NCBI GenBank assembly: GCA_000165425.1
Contig: CT868042.1
Coordinates: forward strand, 186,001-235,572
DNA length: 49,572 nucleotides
Direction of reading: 5' to 3'
DNA from: Paramecium tetraurelia
Taxonomy: Eukaryota
A program made the position numbers and the translations under genes. The notes under the pieces were generated by a model. That model saw nothing but the letters and a program-made list of their open reading frames with translations, was not told the origin of the DNA and did no database searches. This document shows, one piece after another, positions 25,358 through 37,249 of the stretch (position 1 is the stretch's first letter; every line of letters begins with the position of its first letter).

Positions 25358-25408
25358 TATTATTTGAATGTGATTTTAAATAATTAATTTTAACAATAAA
25401 GATTATTA

Positions 25409-25871
25409 TCACTAATGATGAATTTCATGACTTTTATATTATTGTAATACACTCCATAATTTATCTCTGGATACAACATCTTATTCCTCACTTCCAATTT
25501 GATTGATCATGATATCTATGTCCTTATCACTAAATCCCATCCCTATCTATATCCATCACATTAATACCCAGAATATCACATTATTTTTTTAATTCCTACT
25601 TGCTTATCTTTTTTGAATTGCTTGTGTCCATGATCTGGAATAGCATCTCAAAGTTATCAAAATCACTGGAATCATAATGGAAACTCTCCGCAAATTAATT
25701 CAAATTCAAATTCTCATTTCTTTTCTTATGTAATTTCTTATATAACAATTAACAGCTTCTGTCCATTCCAGATTCTTAGAGTAATTCCAAAAACTCTTTC
25801 ACATTCAATAAATTCGTCTACGCAGACTTAAATTCGTTGAACATATCGACTACTTCCCGAGGATGTTGCAT
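25409..25871 (-). CDS. Divergent calmodulin/centrin-like EF-hand protein
   Basis: MQHPREVVDMFNEF...LNVKEFLELL...FEMLFQIMDTSNSKKISKQELKKQCDILG|MGFSDKDIDIMINQI shows a four-hand layout with one 25-nt intron. Confidence 0.75.
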
Positions 25872-25903
25872 TTATTTTTGTTATATAAAATAATAATATT
25901 TAT

Positions 25904-28306
25904 TCATTGAATACTGCATCCATCTTCATTCTTTCTACGCTCAGCATCTTAAACCTGTTTTCTCAAAACTTGGATCTCTTATTTATTTTCAGCGCACTTC
26001 TTCTTCAGCTCGAACATCTGAGCTTCACTTGGACCTTATTAAGATTATCGATCATCAGGTGCAACCGACTCTCTTTCAAGTTTGATCTACTCTTACAAAT
26101 CCTGAATTTCCTTAATCAACAGATTCCTTTTCTTCTCCATAAAAGATACCTACTCTTGCTTCTTTTTCAATTCATCTTCCTTAGTGGATACCTGCATCTT
26201 TGATTATTGCAAATTGTATTATTGTTCCTCACTTGTATTCGCTAATATCTTTTGATATTTAGAAAATAGATCTTCTATGAATTTCTTATAATTGCGTTGT
26301 AAGAACTCTGCATATGTAGAACATTGCTAAAATTGGTACTTTTGCTTTTATAATTGGTCTAGAATATTGTTGAAAGATGAAGAGAACGAATCGATGTCCT
26401 TGAAATTTATTTTACTGATGTTCTTGTTCAAAAACGAGTCATTTTCACATTAACTTGTGTAGAGACAAAATTATAATGCTTATTTCTCTTTGGCAACAAG
26501 GATTTCCTGCAATTTCTTTTTGTATTGCTAATATGATCGATTCTTGCTATTCAAAAAACAATATGGGAATATCTGTTGCAATGAGACATCTTTGAAATCT
26601 CTGAACTATTTGTATATCTCAATTTCATCAACTTTCTGATTGTCTTTCATCCAACTATCGACTTATTAGACGAATGAATTCAGACTCTAATTGTAGATGG
26701 CTTTCGTGTAATCCTCACAAATTGATAACCATAATTAATCCAATTACAAAGAAATTGGTTTATTGAGCAGATCAACAATATATTCCATGTACAAATACAT
26801 TAGAGGTCCATTCAGATTGTAACTGTTGACTTGTTTGCAAACACTGCCCAAAATAATCCTGTCTTTCAATTGTGTAATCGTGTTCTAATACTCCGAAGTG
26901 CTTTATGGGGCAATATAGGCCACATCACGTTACTTAATTAGATTCTCAAATTATTAACCCTTATTGGCTTTGACAAGGAATTCTTGCAAGTCACTTATTG
27001 GACGAGCTTATAGTGCATCGCGTTAAACCCATATAAAATTGGGTAACAATTGCATTATTGCATATTCATTGATCAATAATCTGAAAATGGTGTCAAGCAC
27101 AGGGAAACACTGGATACTGTTGTCATCCAATTTGAGAGTGTTGTATAATAATGTCGAGCAACTTAGCATAACAAATGCATAAAGCAATTGATTATCAGTG
27201 CCTTAGCAATCTACAAAGTAATAGCTTTTCTGTTCTATGACAAGTGGTTTGGATAACATCCAAATACCATTGTTTCCAAATTTCTATTTATTTGATGTAT
27301 GAGCAATTTCATTAAGCAAAGTGCTTTTACCTGATTTGTTCTATCCAATAACTCCAACCAAGACTATGGAATTGCGATCATGACTTAGGATGTTATTTAG
27401 ATCCTAATGCAGTTTAATTGCTCCCTTTTAAATGCTCACAATCTCGCAAATGTCTTAACCAGAGTAATTTTGAGTGGATAATTTGGATGCAAATAGATCT
27501 AGATTTAAGAGTTATTGTTTAGCATTGGCAATCAACTATTATTTGTCCTTTTCTGTTAAAGCAGGAACCTTGGATTCCCTCATTATAGCAGACTATGAAT
27601 TGAGACTCGGCTTTTTTTCTACTGGAGTGATAGAGTTAGTTAATTTTCTTTCTTTCGGTAAATCTTCAACCGATTGTTATTTGTATGAAGATTTTAATTG
27701 GTCTTGATTTTAAAGTACCTCCTCAACATCGTAATCTGAATATTAGTCTTTAAAGTTCTTGTCTCTTTGTTGTGTATCATAATTGTTTAGAGGAGGCCTT
27801 TCGGTTGGTTTTATTATTGATTGTGTAACTCTTGGTTGATGTTCGATGATGGATTGCTATAACAGGGTAGTGCTAGATTTAGGTTATGGTTATTATTGTT
27901 ATGTGCGTTAAATAAGACTGGGATCGTATTTTCTAGGGACTGAAACGGTGGGATCATAGGTAGGTCTTTATGATTGTTACGCATAAGGTTTGTGTTCTGG
28001 TTGGTTGGAATGGTTTATTTAGGAGTATATTCTTGAGTTGACAGTTGAGGAATTGATTTGGGGTCTGTTAATGTAAGATGATGTTGGGTTGGGTGAATTT
28101 TGACTTGTCAGATAGAGAGCATTTGATTTGTTAAGCCTAAAAGTAGGGAGAAAGAGAATTACGCTTGCTGATATTCATCAAGTGGTTCCACTACGATGAT
28201 ATCTTGACTCTCATCTGAATTATGGGAGGAGCCGTGAAAGTTATCCTCGAATCCGTATTTGTTTTAATCTAATGGTTTGGATTATATAATTACAGCTTGA
28301 ATACAT
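25904..28306 (-). CDS. Guanylate-binding protein (GBP/atlastin family)-like, with low-complexity N-terminus, coiled coil and C-terminal CaaX
   Basis: G-domain motifs VGVIGQNKSGKSTLLN, NGIWMLSKP, FVDCQG, FIWVQRD, followed by a helical region; ends DGCSIQ*. Confidence 0.85.
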
Positions 28307-28328
28307 CGAATACGTTTTTATTTTATAA

Positions 28329-29384
28329 ATGAAATATTATAGAGAAGGGCAATTGCTTCGATATATTGGTACGTGGATTCCATTGGGAATTCTCGTACTA
28401 ATAGTGCTATACTTTTATGTAGTGTATATGGAGGTATGTGGTGCATATTCATGTTCAAGACTTATTTGATGCCACTCATAAAATCAGAGTATGTTTCCAG
28501 ACCAATAGTGGAAATCAATACATACTTGATTCAATTAGTACACATCAATGACTATGTTTTCAGCAACAAAACCATCGGAATTACGATAACATTACATATC
28601 ATTCTAATATTATTCACAATCACCTTAATCCGAGTTGTAATGACAATTCCTGGACATGTGCCAGTTGAATGGCTGAATAAAATAGAGAATGAAATTCGTC
28701 AGATGATTGAGAACGAAGAAAACATGATAAATCACAATAAGAAAGGATCGCAGACATCAACTTCCTTTTCATCTGAGATAGACGATGAGTAGCGATTACA
28801 CTTGAATGTGAAAGTCAAAAACGAGTTAATTGATAAATAAGGTAGAAGACATTGTAAAAATTGCAGCACTTTTAAACCAAAACGTTGTCATCATTGCAGA
28901 CAATGCAAGACCTGCTGGTTGAAGATGGATCACCATTGTTAATGGTTGAATAATTGTATTGGTTATGGCAATTACAAATTGTTCATTAATTTACTTTGCT
29001 ATGCATGTAATCACAATTGATCTCCAACATTAGGGTCTTTAATTAGTTTCATCCTGATCACCTACAGTCGTTGCTATTATGACACCATGAACTCCTATTC
29101 GAGTGATGCCAAACTATTCCTAGTATCCTTTACATTTCTATATTGCTGTTTCCTGTGGATTCTACTAACAGCATTCACCCTCTTCCATCTGTGGTATCCT
29201 CATCAATAATACTGAGATTGTTAGGGCAATCAAATCCAACATCACAACCCTTGAGTATTGCGAGAACAAGCCAAGAGAACCCCTTTAAAAGGGTGTTTGG
29301 AACAATATCTTCGAAGTCTTTGGCAAAAACCCCTTGGTATGGTTCTTACCCATTCAGCCAGATACCAAACCAATATTGGATTGA
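28329..29384 (+). CDS. DHHC palmitoyltransferase
   Basis: [44 protein letters not shown], a TIPG motif, TTLEY, and 4 TM helices. Confidence 0.95.
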
Positions 29385-29404
29385 TATGAATATTATTAAT
29401 ATAA

Positions 29405-31114
29405 ATGTTCAATAAAGATTATTTATCCAACTTACTATACTTCCAACGATTAAAAAATATCACCTCTGAAAAAGATTACGAACCCATACTGCAGAGTTTT
29501 CTCCAATAAGCCAAAATTCACTATTTGCCTAAAGATAGATTTGTGTTCAAATACAAACTCAAAATTGATTACTTCCTCATTCTACTTAAAGGCAGATGTC
29601 TCAAATTAATACCAAAATCTCATGATTAACTTACATAGGAGATCAAAGAATTAGAATTGAGATTTCCAGGTATTCAGAGATTGCCTTAAAATTTCCATCT
29701 AAATCCTACTACCAAAACACTCTCTTTCAGAGGCAAAGAAAATTATCCAAAAGAAAATCTAGTTATCTTATAAGATTAGTTAAATCAATTAAACATCCAA
29801 TCCTTCCAGATGTTGAGTCTAATGGCACATCTCATTGAAGGACATGTGGTTCGATTTCAAAGTGCCCATATCATCAGTGAGGATGATGCTCTTATAGAAT
29901 CCATTACTAAAAATGCTCAATGCACCATCATTACCTTGGATAACTGTGAGTTCCTACAATTGTAGGTCTAACAATATTTGGAAATCATTGAGACCTCCAA
30001 AAGAAGGAAGAATGAGAAAATCGAATTTCTGATGTGCCGAGCATTTCAAGATGGGATCAAGTATCCTGATTTCAAACGAGTTCTCCAGGAACTGATCAAT
30101 TCTTCAGAAAGAGTCAAGTTATGCAATCACCAAAATCTCTATTCCTTCGAGATGCAATCTCATTATGTGTATTTGATCTTAAAAGGAGAATTCTACGTTT
30201 CCTACAGCAGTCATAACAATAACTTTGAAGTTCAATGTTGTGGTAGTGATACTCAATATGATAGATTCAGGAAAACTCTGAGACACGATCAAAAACAAGT
30301 CAAACAGTTAGTTCGCTATCCAATTCAAATCAATGAAAGCACATTCGAACTCCTTAAGTAGGCAAACAAATTTTCTACTAGAGAGTACATTCTATTGAAA
30401 TTGGGACCTGGATAATTGTTAGGCGAAGAAGATTTCAATCACGATTGTTTCAATAACGTCTATCATTCATTTAATTGTTCATGTGTTAGTGCCAAGGGAA
30501 GTGTTCTAGCCATTAAGAAGGTCGACATCTATCGTATTTGTATTGTTAATGATTGGTTTGCCAAGCTTTTTCATAAGAGATGCGAAATGAAGCGAAAATG
30601 GCTCTAGGAAAGATTTGAAAATCATTTGAACAAAAACATATAGAATGAAATTATGAAAAAAACTATCCAACCTGAAAAAACTCAAAGAGTAGATGATTCC
30701 TTATTCCTAAGACTCAAATTCCTTGATGAAGAAGCCACCAAACACAAAAGCACCAAAATCTAGAAATCTCAAATCTCTCCAGAAAGAGATCTTACAACTC
30801 GTTGTAATTAAAGAAAATTGGCACTAAAAAAACTCATTGAACACAATAGAAAATCTAATCCTAACAATGATCCAAACTGTATTGGAATGATTTAATATCT
30901 AATTAAACTTGATCGGCATAAATAAATGCTCCTTCAACATTCAATACGATTAGCAATAGGATCATAAATGAATAAGCAAAGAAATTCCTCCCAACACACT
31001 TAAGCTAATGACTAATCGATTAGTAAATCGAGAATATCACCTCAACGCACATATTCTTTTAGATTAGGAAGAAGTAATTCAATGATTAGTAGTGTTATTA
31101 ATTATAAAAAATGA
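29405..31114 (+). CDS. Cyclic-nucleotide-binding (CAP_ED) domain protein, 569 aa
   Basis: Two cNMP-type folds: FVFKY...YFLILLKGRC...CTIITLDNCEFLQL and HYVYLILKGEF...LGPGQLLGEED..HSFNCSCVS. It is a single frame to TGA at 31112-31114. Confidence 0.8.
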
Positions 31115-33341
31115 ACTATTAAATATTCTTGAGAATTCGAAATTATGATTATGTCAACCCTATTTTCAAAGCAGAAGAATGCCAAATCACCTTAAAAGTA
31201 TGAAATCCTTTATTCCAATTAGACTCCTGGATCCAAAGAAACAGAAAAATTTATCTTTGATTATATATTTCAAGATGCAACAACAGATGATATTATGAAA
31301 GAGATTGGCTTTAAATAATTAAATAAGGTAATTTTGGTTTACGGATAAAGTGGAAGTGGGAAGTCATATACATTGTTTGGGGATTTTGATAACCCTGGAA
31401 TCATGCCTGTGATAATCAAAAAATTACTAGCTGCAAAACATAAACTTACAATTAACTATTAGGTGGTTGGATTAGATTATTAGAGCAATTATGTGACAGA
31501 GGATATGACATAAATTAGCATCTTTGACATGGAAACTGTCTGGGAATACTAAGCAGCATTTTCTAAATAAAAGCGTAAGGAGCATTTAATTGTCACTTTG
31601 ATCATTGATGAAAAGGATCAAATTAAATTTGTGGATTTAGCAGGACCCGAAAGACAAGCCAAAGAAATATCAGAACCATACAAATATTAAGAGGCTATTT
31701 GGGCTTCCTAATAATTTCAAGTGTTGGCGAAATGTCTAAATGCCTTTTCAAAAGGAAAAATATAATCATTAGAAGATTCAAAACTCACTCAACAATTGCG
31801 ATTTGATCTAAGCACACAAGTTACTTTGATAGGAACTGTTTATCCTACCAATACAAATTACGATCAAACTCTTTCCACATTGCAATTCATAGATAGAACT
31901 AGAAATGCCGTTACATTACCTAGAAAAGAATCTTTAAGAACACTTGAAATCACCAAAACCTAAACTTAGGAAAAGTAGATTAAATTGTTGGAGTATGAAA
32001 ATAAAGATTTAAAGGATTAAATCTCAAAACTCTAATAAGAACAGAAAAATAAGTTAAAAGCGCTGAAAGACATATTATGTATTGACTTTGATTTGGATAA
32101 CCTGACAAGTATAAGCTTCAAGGAAATTCAACAATATAAGAAATAGAAAGAGGCTTTGATTGCTAATTAAAACTTGCAAATATAATTAAATGAATAACAG
32201 ACTTACATTAATTAATTAAAATAAGAAATCTCTTAATTAAAATAAGAAATAAAGGAAAAGCAAGATAAATGGTAATTTCAATTGGTCGAATAAAAATATA
32301 AAAATTTTAAAATAAATGAATAATTTGTTACTCAAAAAACATAAATGAGCGAAATGATGAGACAGATGCAATTGGAGAAAGAATCTTGCATAAAAACTGT
32401 GATTGAAAACTCAAACCATGTAATAGAAGAAAAAACAAACAAACTATTTTAATTGCCTGTCACAGCCAATCAAAAGCAATTAGATAATAATAAAATACAA
32501 GATATTAAGAAATAAATTAAAACAGAAATGGAATAAGATTTGACGAAGCAGTTGACTCAAATGAAGTCAGATAATGAAAATAATCTTCAATAATTGAAAT
32601 TAATGTATGACAATATGCTAAAAGAAAAAAATAATGAAATTGATTAGTTCATTTCTTAGTACAAAATATATAGAGAGAAGAAGAAGAATGTAATAAAGGA
32701 AATGAAGGAAGAAATGCTCTAAATGTATGAGATCCTGAATAAATAGTAATTATTAATTGATAAAATTGAAAATGGAACCTACAGTAATGGAAATAAGGTT
32801 TTGGCCATCCCTAGAAAAGATAAGCCGGTTCCACCTAATCAATCCTAGTTTAAACAGTAATGATATCTGAAAACATATATTTTAGTCTGCATCATTTTCT
32901 TGAAAGAAAGAAATCAATTGAGATTCAAAATAAAAAATCATCAAGTGCTGAAAAATCCTTTCTTTTAACGCCTATTAACAGAGTTGAAAGATCACAAACT
33001 ACGTTTTAAGAAAAAGCAGTCATTGTTGATCCTAATGACGTTGAACTATTTAATATAAATGAGATGGACATTCCGAAATTGAAATCATTTATAATAAAAC
33101 TGAAGGAAATGCTGAAAAAAGAATAGAATGAAAATAAAATTAAATCAGAGAAATTTAAATAAGAATTAGCCGAATTTAAAAAAGGTATTATATTTAATAT
33201 ATTTAAGATAAGGAGGAAATGCAAATTAAATATAATGTTGAAAGCAAAAAATACAATCAATAAAGAGTAACGATTGAATCTTAAAACAGACTTCTTACTA
33301 AATTAAGACCAACTAGTTCACTCTTAAGAAAATAATCTTGA
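31111..33341 (+). CDS. Kinesin-like protein with degenerate motor domain and coiled-coil tail
   Basis: MNYQIFLRIR...FIFDYIF...VYGQSGSGKSYTLFG...PGIMP...FVDLAGPER...DSKLTQQL...QTLSTLQF, with several tiny introns. Confidence 0.85.
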
Positions 33342-33582
33342 TAATTTATCAATTGTATTATTTTATATGCTTTTAATTGTTTTAAATAAATGATTAGGAG
33401 TAATTAGAAATTTTTATAAAGTGTAGTTATAATATTAATCATCTCTTTAAAAGCTCTAATATATTTCGATTAAAAATATGTCATCATTATAGGATAAATT
33501 GCTTTAGGATTTGCCATATTAAAATGATGAATATAAATGGATAATTTGTTTAGTTATGACAATATATTATAAATATCATTCA

Positions 33583-34047
33583 TCATTTGTTAAGTTGATC
33601 TCTGCAGGTTGGACATTCTGCTTTGAGTTATAGCCATTGTTTGATACATTCTTAATGGAAAAAGTGATTACATTTTAGTATTTTGATAACATTTTTTTCA
33701 TTTAGTTCTAATAGACAAATTGCGCAAGTTCTACAAACTAGTGAACAATTCATTACTCTATCTATTCAAACTCTTCAACTCCGACTAAAATTGGAATATC
33801 ATCAAACCAAGTTCTCAATTTTCTAGGTTTGATAAACTTCAATTATTATTAGAAACCTGGAGGCATGTAAATAAAATTGAAATTTAAGGAAATATTGTAC
33901 ATTAACCTGAAAAAGTATTAATTTGAATTTTTACATATGATGCCAAAGGAATGAAGGGAATTAAGTCTAGGACTTATAAATCCTCTTTTTAATTTCTAAA
34001 ATCCTTTCATATGCATTATGAATATGTTCATTCTTTCTTCTATTCAT
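33583..34047 (-). CDS. RING-H2 finger E3 ligase-like protein
   Basis: CAICLLELNEKNVIKILKCNHFFHQECIKQWLQLKAECPTCR; two tiny introns. The start position is less certain. Confidence 0.85.
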
Positions 34048-34318
34048 TTGATTATTTATTTCTCATTTTTTTAGTTGAATTCAAACTAGATTTATAGAAA
34101 AAATAAAATCTTTTTATTTCAGATACATTTTTTCTCTTTATAAATCAAAATAACAATTATAAATTATAATTACTTATTAAATATAAATAATGTTAAGAAA
34201 TACTTAAGCAATTGAATTTGTTCAATTTAATGATAAGAATTTAATTAAAATTCTTTTGCACTAACCCGTTTAAAGGGTTTTTTGAAGCCATGATAATTAA
34301 AACTTATAAATTTATTTA

Positions 34319-34807
34319 TCAGAGTTATTTTTGAATTTCATTTGCTAAATCAATTAATTTTGAGAGTAACAAAATTTTTTGGTTATCCATATTTTGTGCT
34401 GCCACTGATTTGTATTATGAAATCTCTTATTGTAGTTACTCTATAGTAGCATCTTTTTTTCTCAAGAGCTTCTAATTGTGAATTAATTCTTTTTGGTAAT
34501 TCTTTTTAATTTTCATTAATTCCTTTTCTTTTTGCTTATGAAATTTTTAGATAGTGGCACCGAAATCCTGAACATCTTCCTCAGTTTTTTGTACCTTGGA
34601 TTCCTCATTCTGAATAGATCTATTTTTAAGATCTGAATAAATATTGTCCTTAACTTCTATCTCTTTTTATAAGATATCAATTCTTTACGATAGGAGGTCT
34701 ATCTTATTAAATTAGCATCAATTGAATACCTTTTACTCGTACTTCAATTAAAGAAGTTTCATTTCTTCTTTGTGTTCTTATTCAAATTGTTTGATATCTG
34801 AAAGCAT
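34319..34807 (-). CDS. Small coiled-coil hypothetical protein
   Basis: MLSDIKQFEQEHKEEMKLLQLKYEQK|IDLLSQRIDILQKEIEVKD...ANEIQKQL*, with one 27-nt intron. Confidence 0.7.
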
Positions 34808-34872
34808 TTTTCAAAATAAAACAACAATTATAACTTCACAATAAAAATATTCAAAATTGAATCAAATATAAC

Positions 34873-35726
34873 TCATGTTTTAGCAAGCATTCCAATCATG
34901 AAGCTCAAAATAACAGTTATGATTGCATATCCAATATGCAAAGTATTGAGTGACTTTGGTTTTGGAGTTTCAACGATTTGTTGTTATTTTAATTTTTATC
35001 TTTGAAGCTTGTTTTTCAATTCACTTAATTTGAATAGCTCTTTTTCCTATTCATCAGTCAATATCAAGTACTACTCATATTCCTATTTGTATTATGGCTA
35101 CGTCTCGATTAGAATGTTTGAAGTATTAATTTAACTTTTTTATTGGTACATGCTCAAAAATTCGCTTTTCTGTCTCTCTACTATGTTATCGAATTTGACA
35201 TTAGAAGAGAGAAATTTTTAAGCATCCCCAAACTTTGAAGTTTGATTTATGAATTTCGATTCAGCAATCTAATCTAATTATCTATCTAGTAAACTTTGAG
35301 ATTCCACCAACTTTTGATCATTGGCTTATTGAGTTGTTTTATTACTCAGCACTCTAACTGTCAATGTAATTTCTTAGATATTTGGAGGCTCTCCAGATCC
35401 TGAAGCCGATTAAGGTACACTATCTTCATAATCATAGGCCTCAATTTTGATTTTATCCTTATCGTTGTCTCTTTTCTTAGCACTGTTAGCTTTGATCAAG
35501 AGCACTCCCTTTTGATTGAGTTCGGTAAATACTATGGGCTTGCCTACAACTTGAAATACGTCTGGATCAGTTGTTTTGACTTTAACTTTAATTCTTCTTT
35601 CTTGTTTTGCAATGCACTATAATTTAATTTCCTTGCTTAGATTAGTGAGTTAAAATACACACTATTTTTATTTTCTTCGAATTCGATCTCTGAATTGTCA
35701 ATCCCTATTAATTTGATAAAAGACAT
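34873..35726 (-). CDS. VAP-like tail-anchored protein (divergent MSP domain, coiled coil, C-terminal TM)
   Basis: IKVKVKTTDPDVFQV resembles VAP FKVKTT.P, and DKIKIE is also present. The C-terminus is hydrophobic: IGYAIITVILSFMIGMLAKT*. Confidence 0.65.
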
Positions 35727-35749
35727 TAAATTAATTAAAGATTTAAATA

Positions 35750-36321
35750 ATGAGTAATCACGAAGATGATTTAGAAGTACAAGAGCCAGTCGATCAATAA
35801 AAAGAAGACGAGTCATAAAAGAAAGGAGGTAAATCCTACAATAAATCTAAGTAGGCACTGACAATAAACATTAACTCAAAGATATTGATTTATCATCAAT
35901 TTTTGTGAGAAATTTGGATGAAAACACCACAGAGGATGATCTTAAAGAATATTTCAAAGATTGTGGAACCATAGTTAAAGTACCTAAAATGATGTAATAT
36001 TAGGTGACTTTAAGAAGTGATAAAAATACTGGCACACTTTATTCATATGTTCAATTTCAAGAATAAGGCTCTGTTGAAGATGCTTTAGTCTTAAGCGAAG
36101 GCATCATAAGAGGAAAGAAAATACTTGTATTCAAATAATGTTATATTTTAAGGTGTTCCAAAAGAGAACAAACTTAAGAAATAGAGGTAGAGGAAACAGG
36201 GGAGCAAGAGGATAACGTACTTACAAATTCCTATATAATAGCATTTTAATATATTACAAGAGGAAGATATTTGTATGCAGAACCAATTAGAGGAAGAGGA
36301 GCTTATCGTGGTGGCAAATGA
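35750..36321 (+). CDS. PABPN1: Nuclear poly(A)-binding protein-like (single RRM, RG-rich tail)
   Basis: Acidic N-terminus, then DLSSIFVRNLDENTTEDDLKEYFKDCGTIVK|VTLRSDKNTG..SYVQF...IRGKKIL|VFQKRTN and an RGRG tail; 4 tiny introns. Confidence 0.75.
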
Positions 36322-36636
36322 GATATTTTCATAGCCACCATTGTATATTATTACAAATAAATAAAAAAAATACAAAAAAAATAACAAAAAAAGATATTCC
36401 TTCTTTTTAAAAAATCATAAAAAAATATATTTCAAAAATATTCATATCTAAATTCGTAATTAATTCTACTACTCCATTGATTTCGATATATTTTTGGTTC
36501 TTACTTGAAATATTAAAATATATTTAATAATATTAAACTAATGTATAAATTATTGATTCTCTTATTATCGTATAGATAAATTGAAATTCGGATTTTATAG
36601 TGGGATGCAATTCTAATCATATGAATTCTAGGCAAT

Positions 36637-37023
36637 TCAAAATAGGCTAATTTTTCTATGGATATAACCATTAAACTATAATTAAACGTAATAATTAAAT
36701 TAAAAATTGAATTAGTAAAACAGATTAGCTTAGCAGAACCTGAAATAAATTCTTAATTTAAGATTCTTTATATCTTCTTGTTTGATTTGTTAACCCATTT
36801 TTATAAATTTTTGTATTTATTTTTTAACTTAGTTTTGGGTATTTAGAAAAATTCTTCATGATTGGCTATTTCTAAATATATAGATTGCATTTAAGTGTTG
36901 TTTTCTAACATATTGTAAAGTGTATTTTATTACCTAACTTAAGGAGTGTTTTAATAGATTCATGAGATTACTAATATTATCACCAGCGAAAAACATAAGA
37001 GGTTGCTAACAACCTATATCCAT
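36637..37023 (-). CDS. Possible small hypothetical protein
   Basis: MDIGCQQPLMFFAGDNISNLMNLLKHSLSQ, a 29-nt GTA..TAG intron, then an open frame to TGA. No recognisable motif. Confidence 0.3.
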
Positions 37024-37249
37024 AATATTCAAATTAAATTAGAATATCTCTTATTCCATATTAATTCAATACACGAGATGTTTTAATACTACTATTTGAT
37101 TATCACCCTTCAAACTATAATTTTAAGGTTTTGAATTTAAAGAATTTTATCTCATCATATTCTCTAAAAACTGCTTGACCTTATTCTGCTTTAACAAAAT
37201 GATGGATATCTGAATTTCATGTAATTATTCTCATATATAATTATTATTA

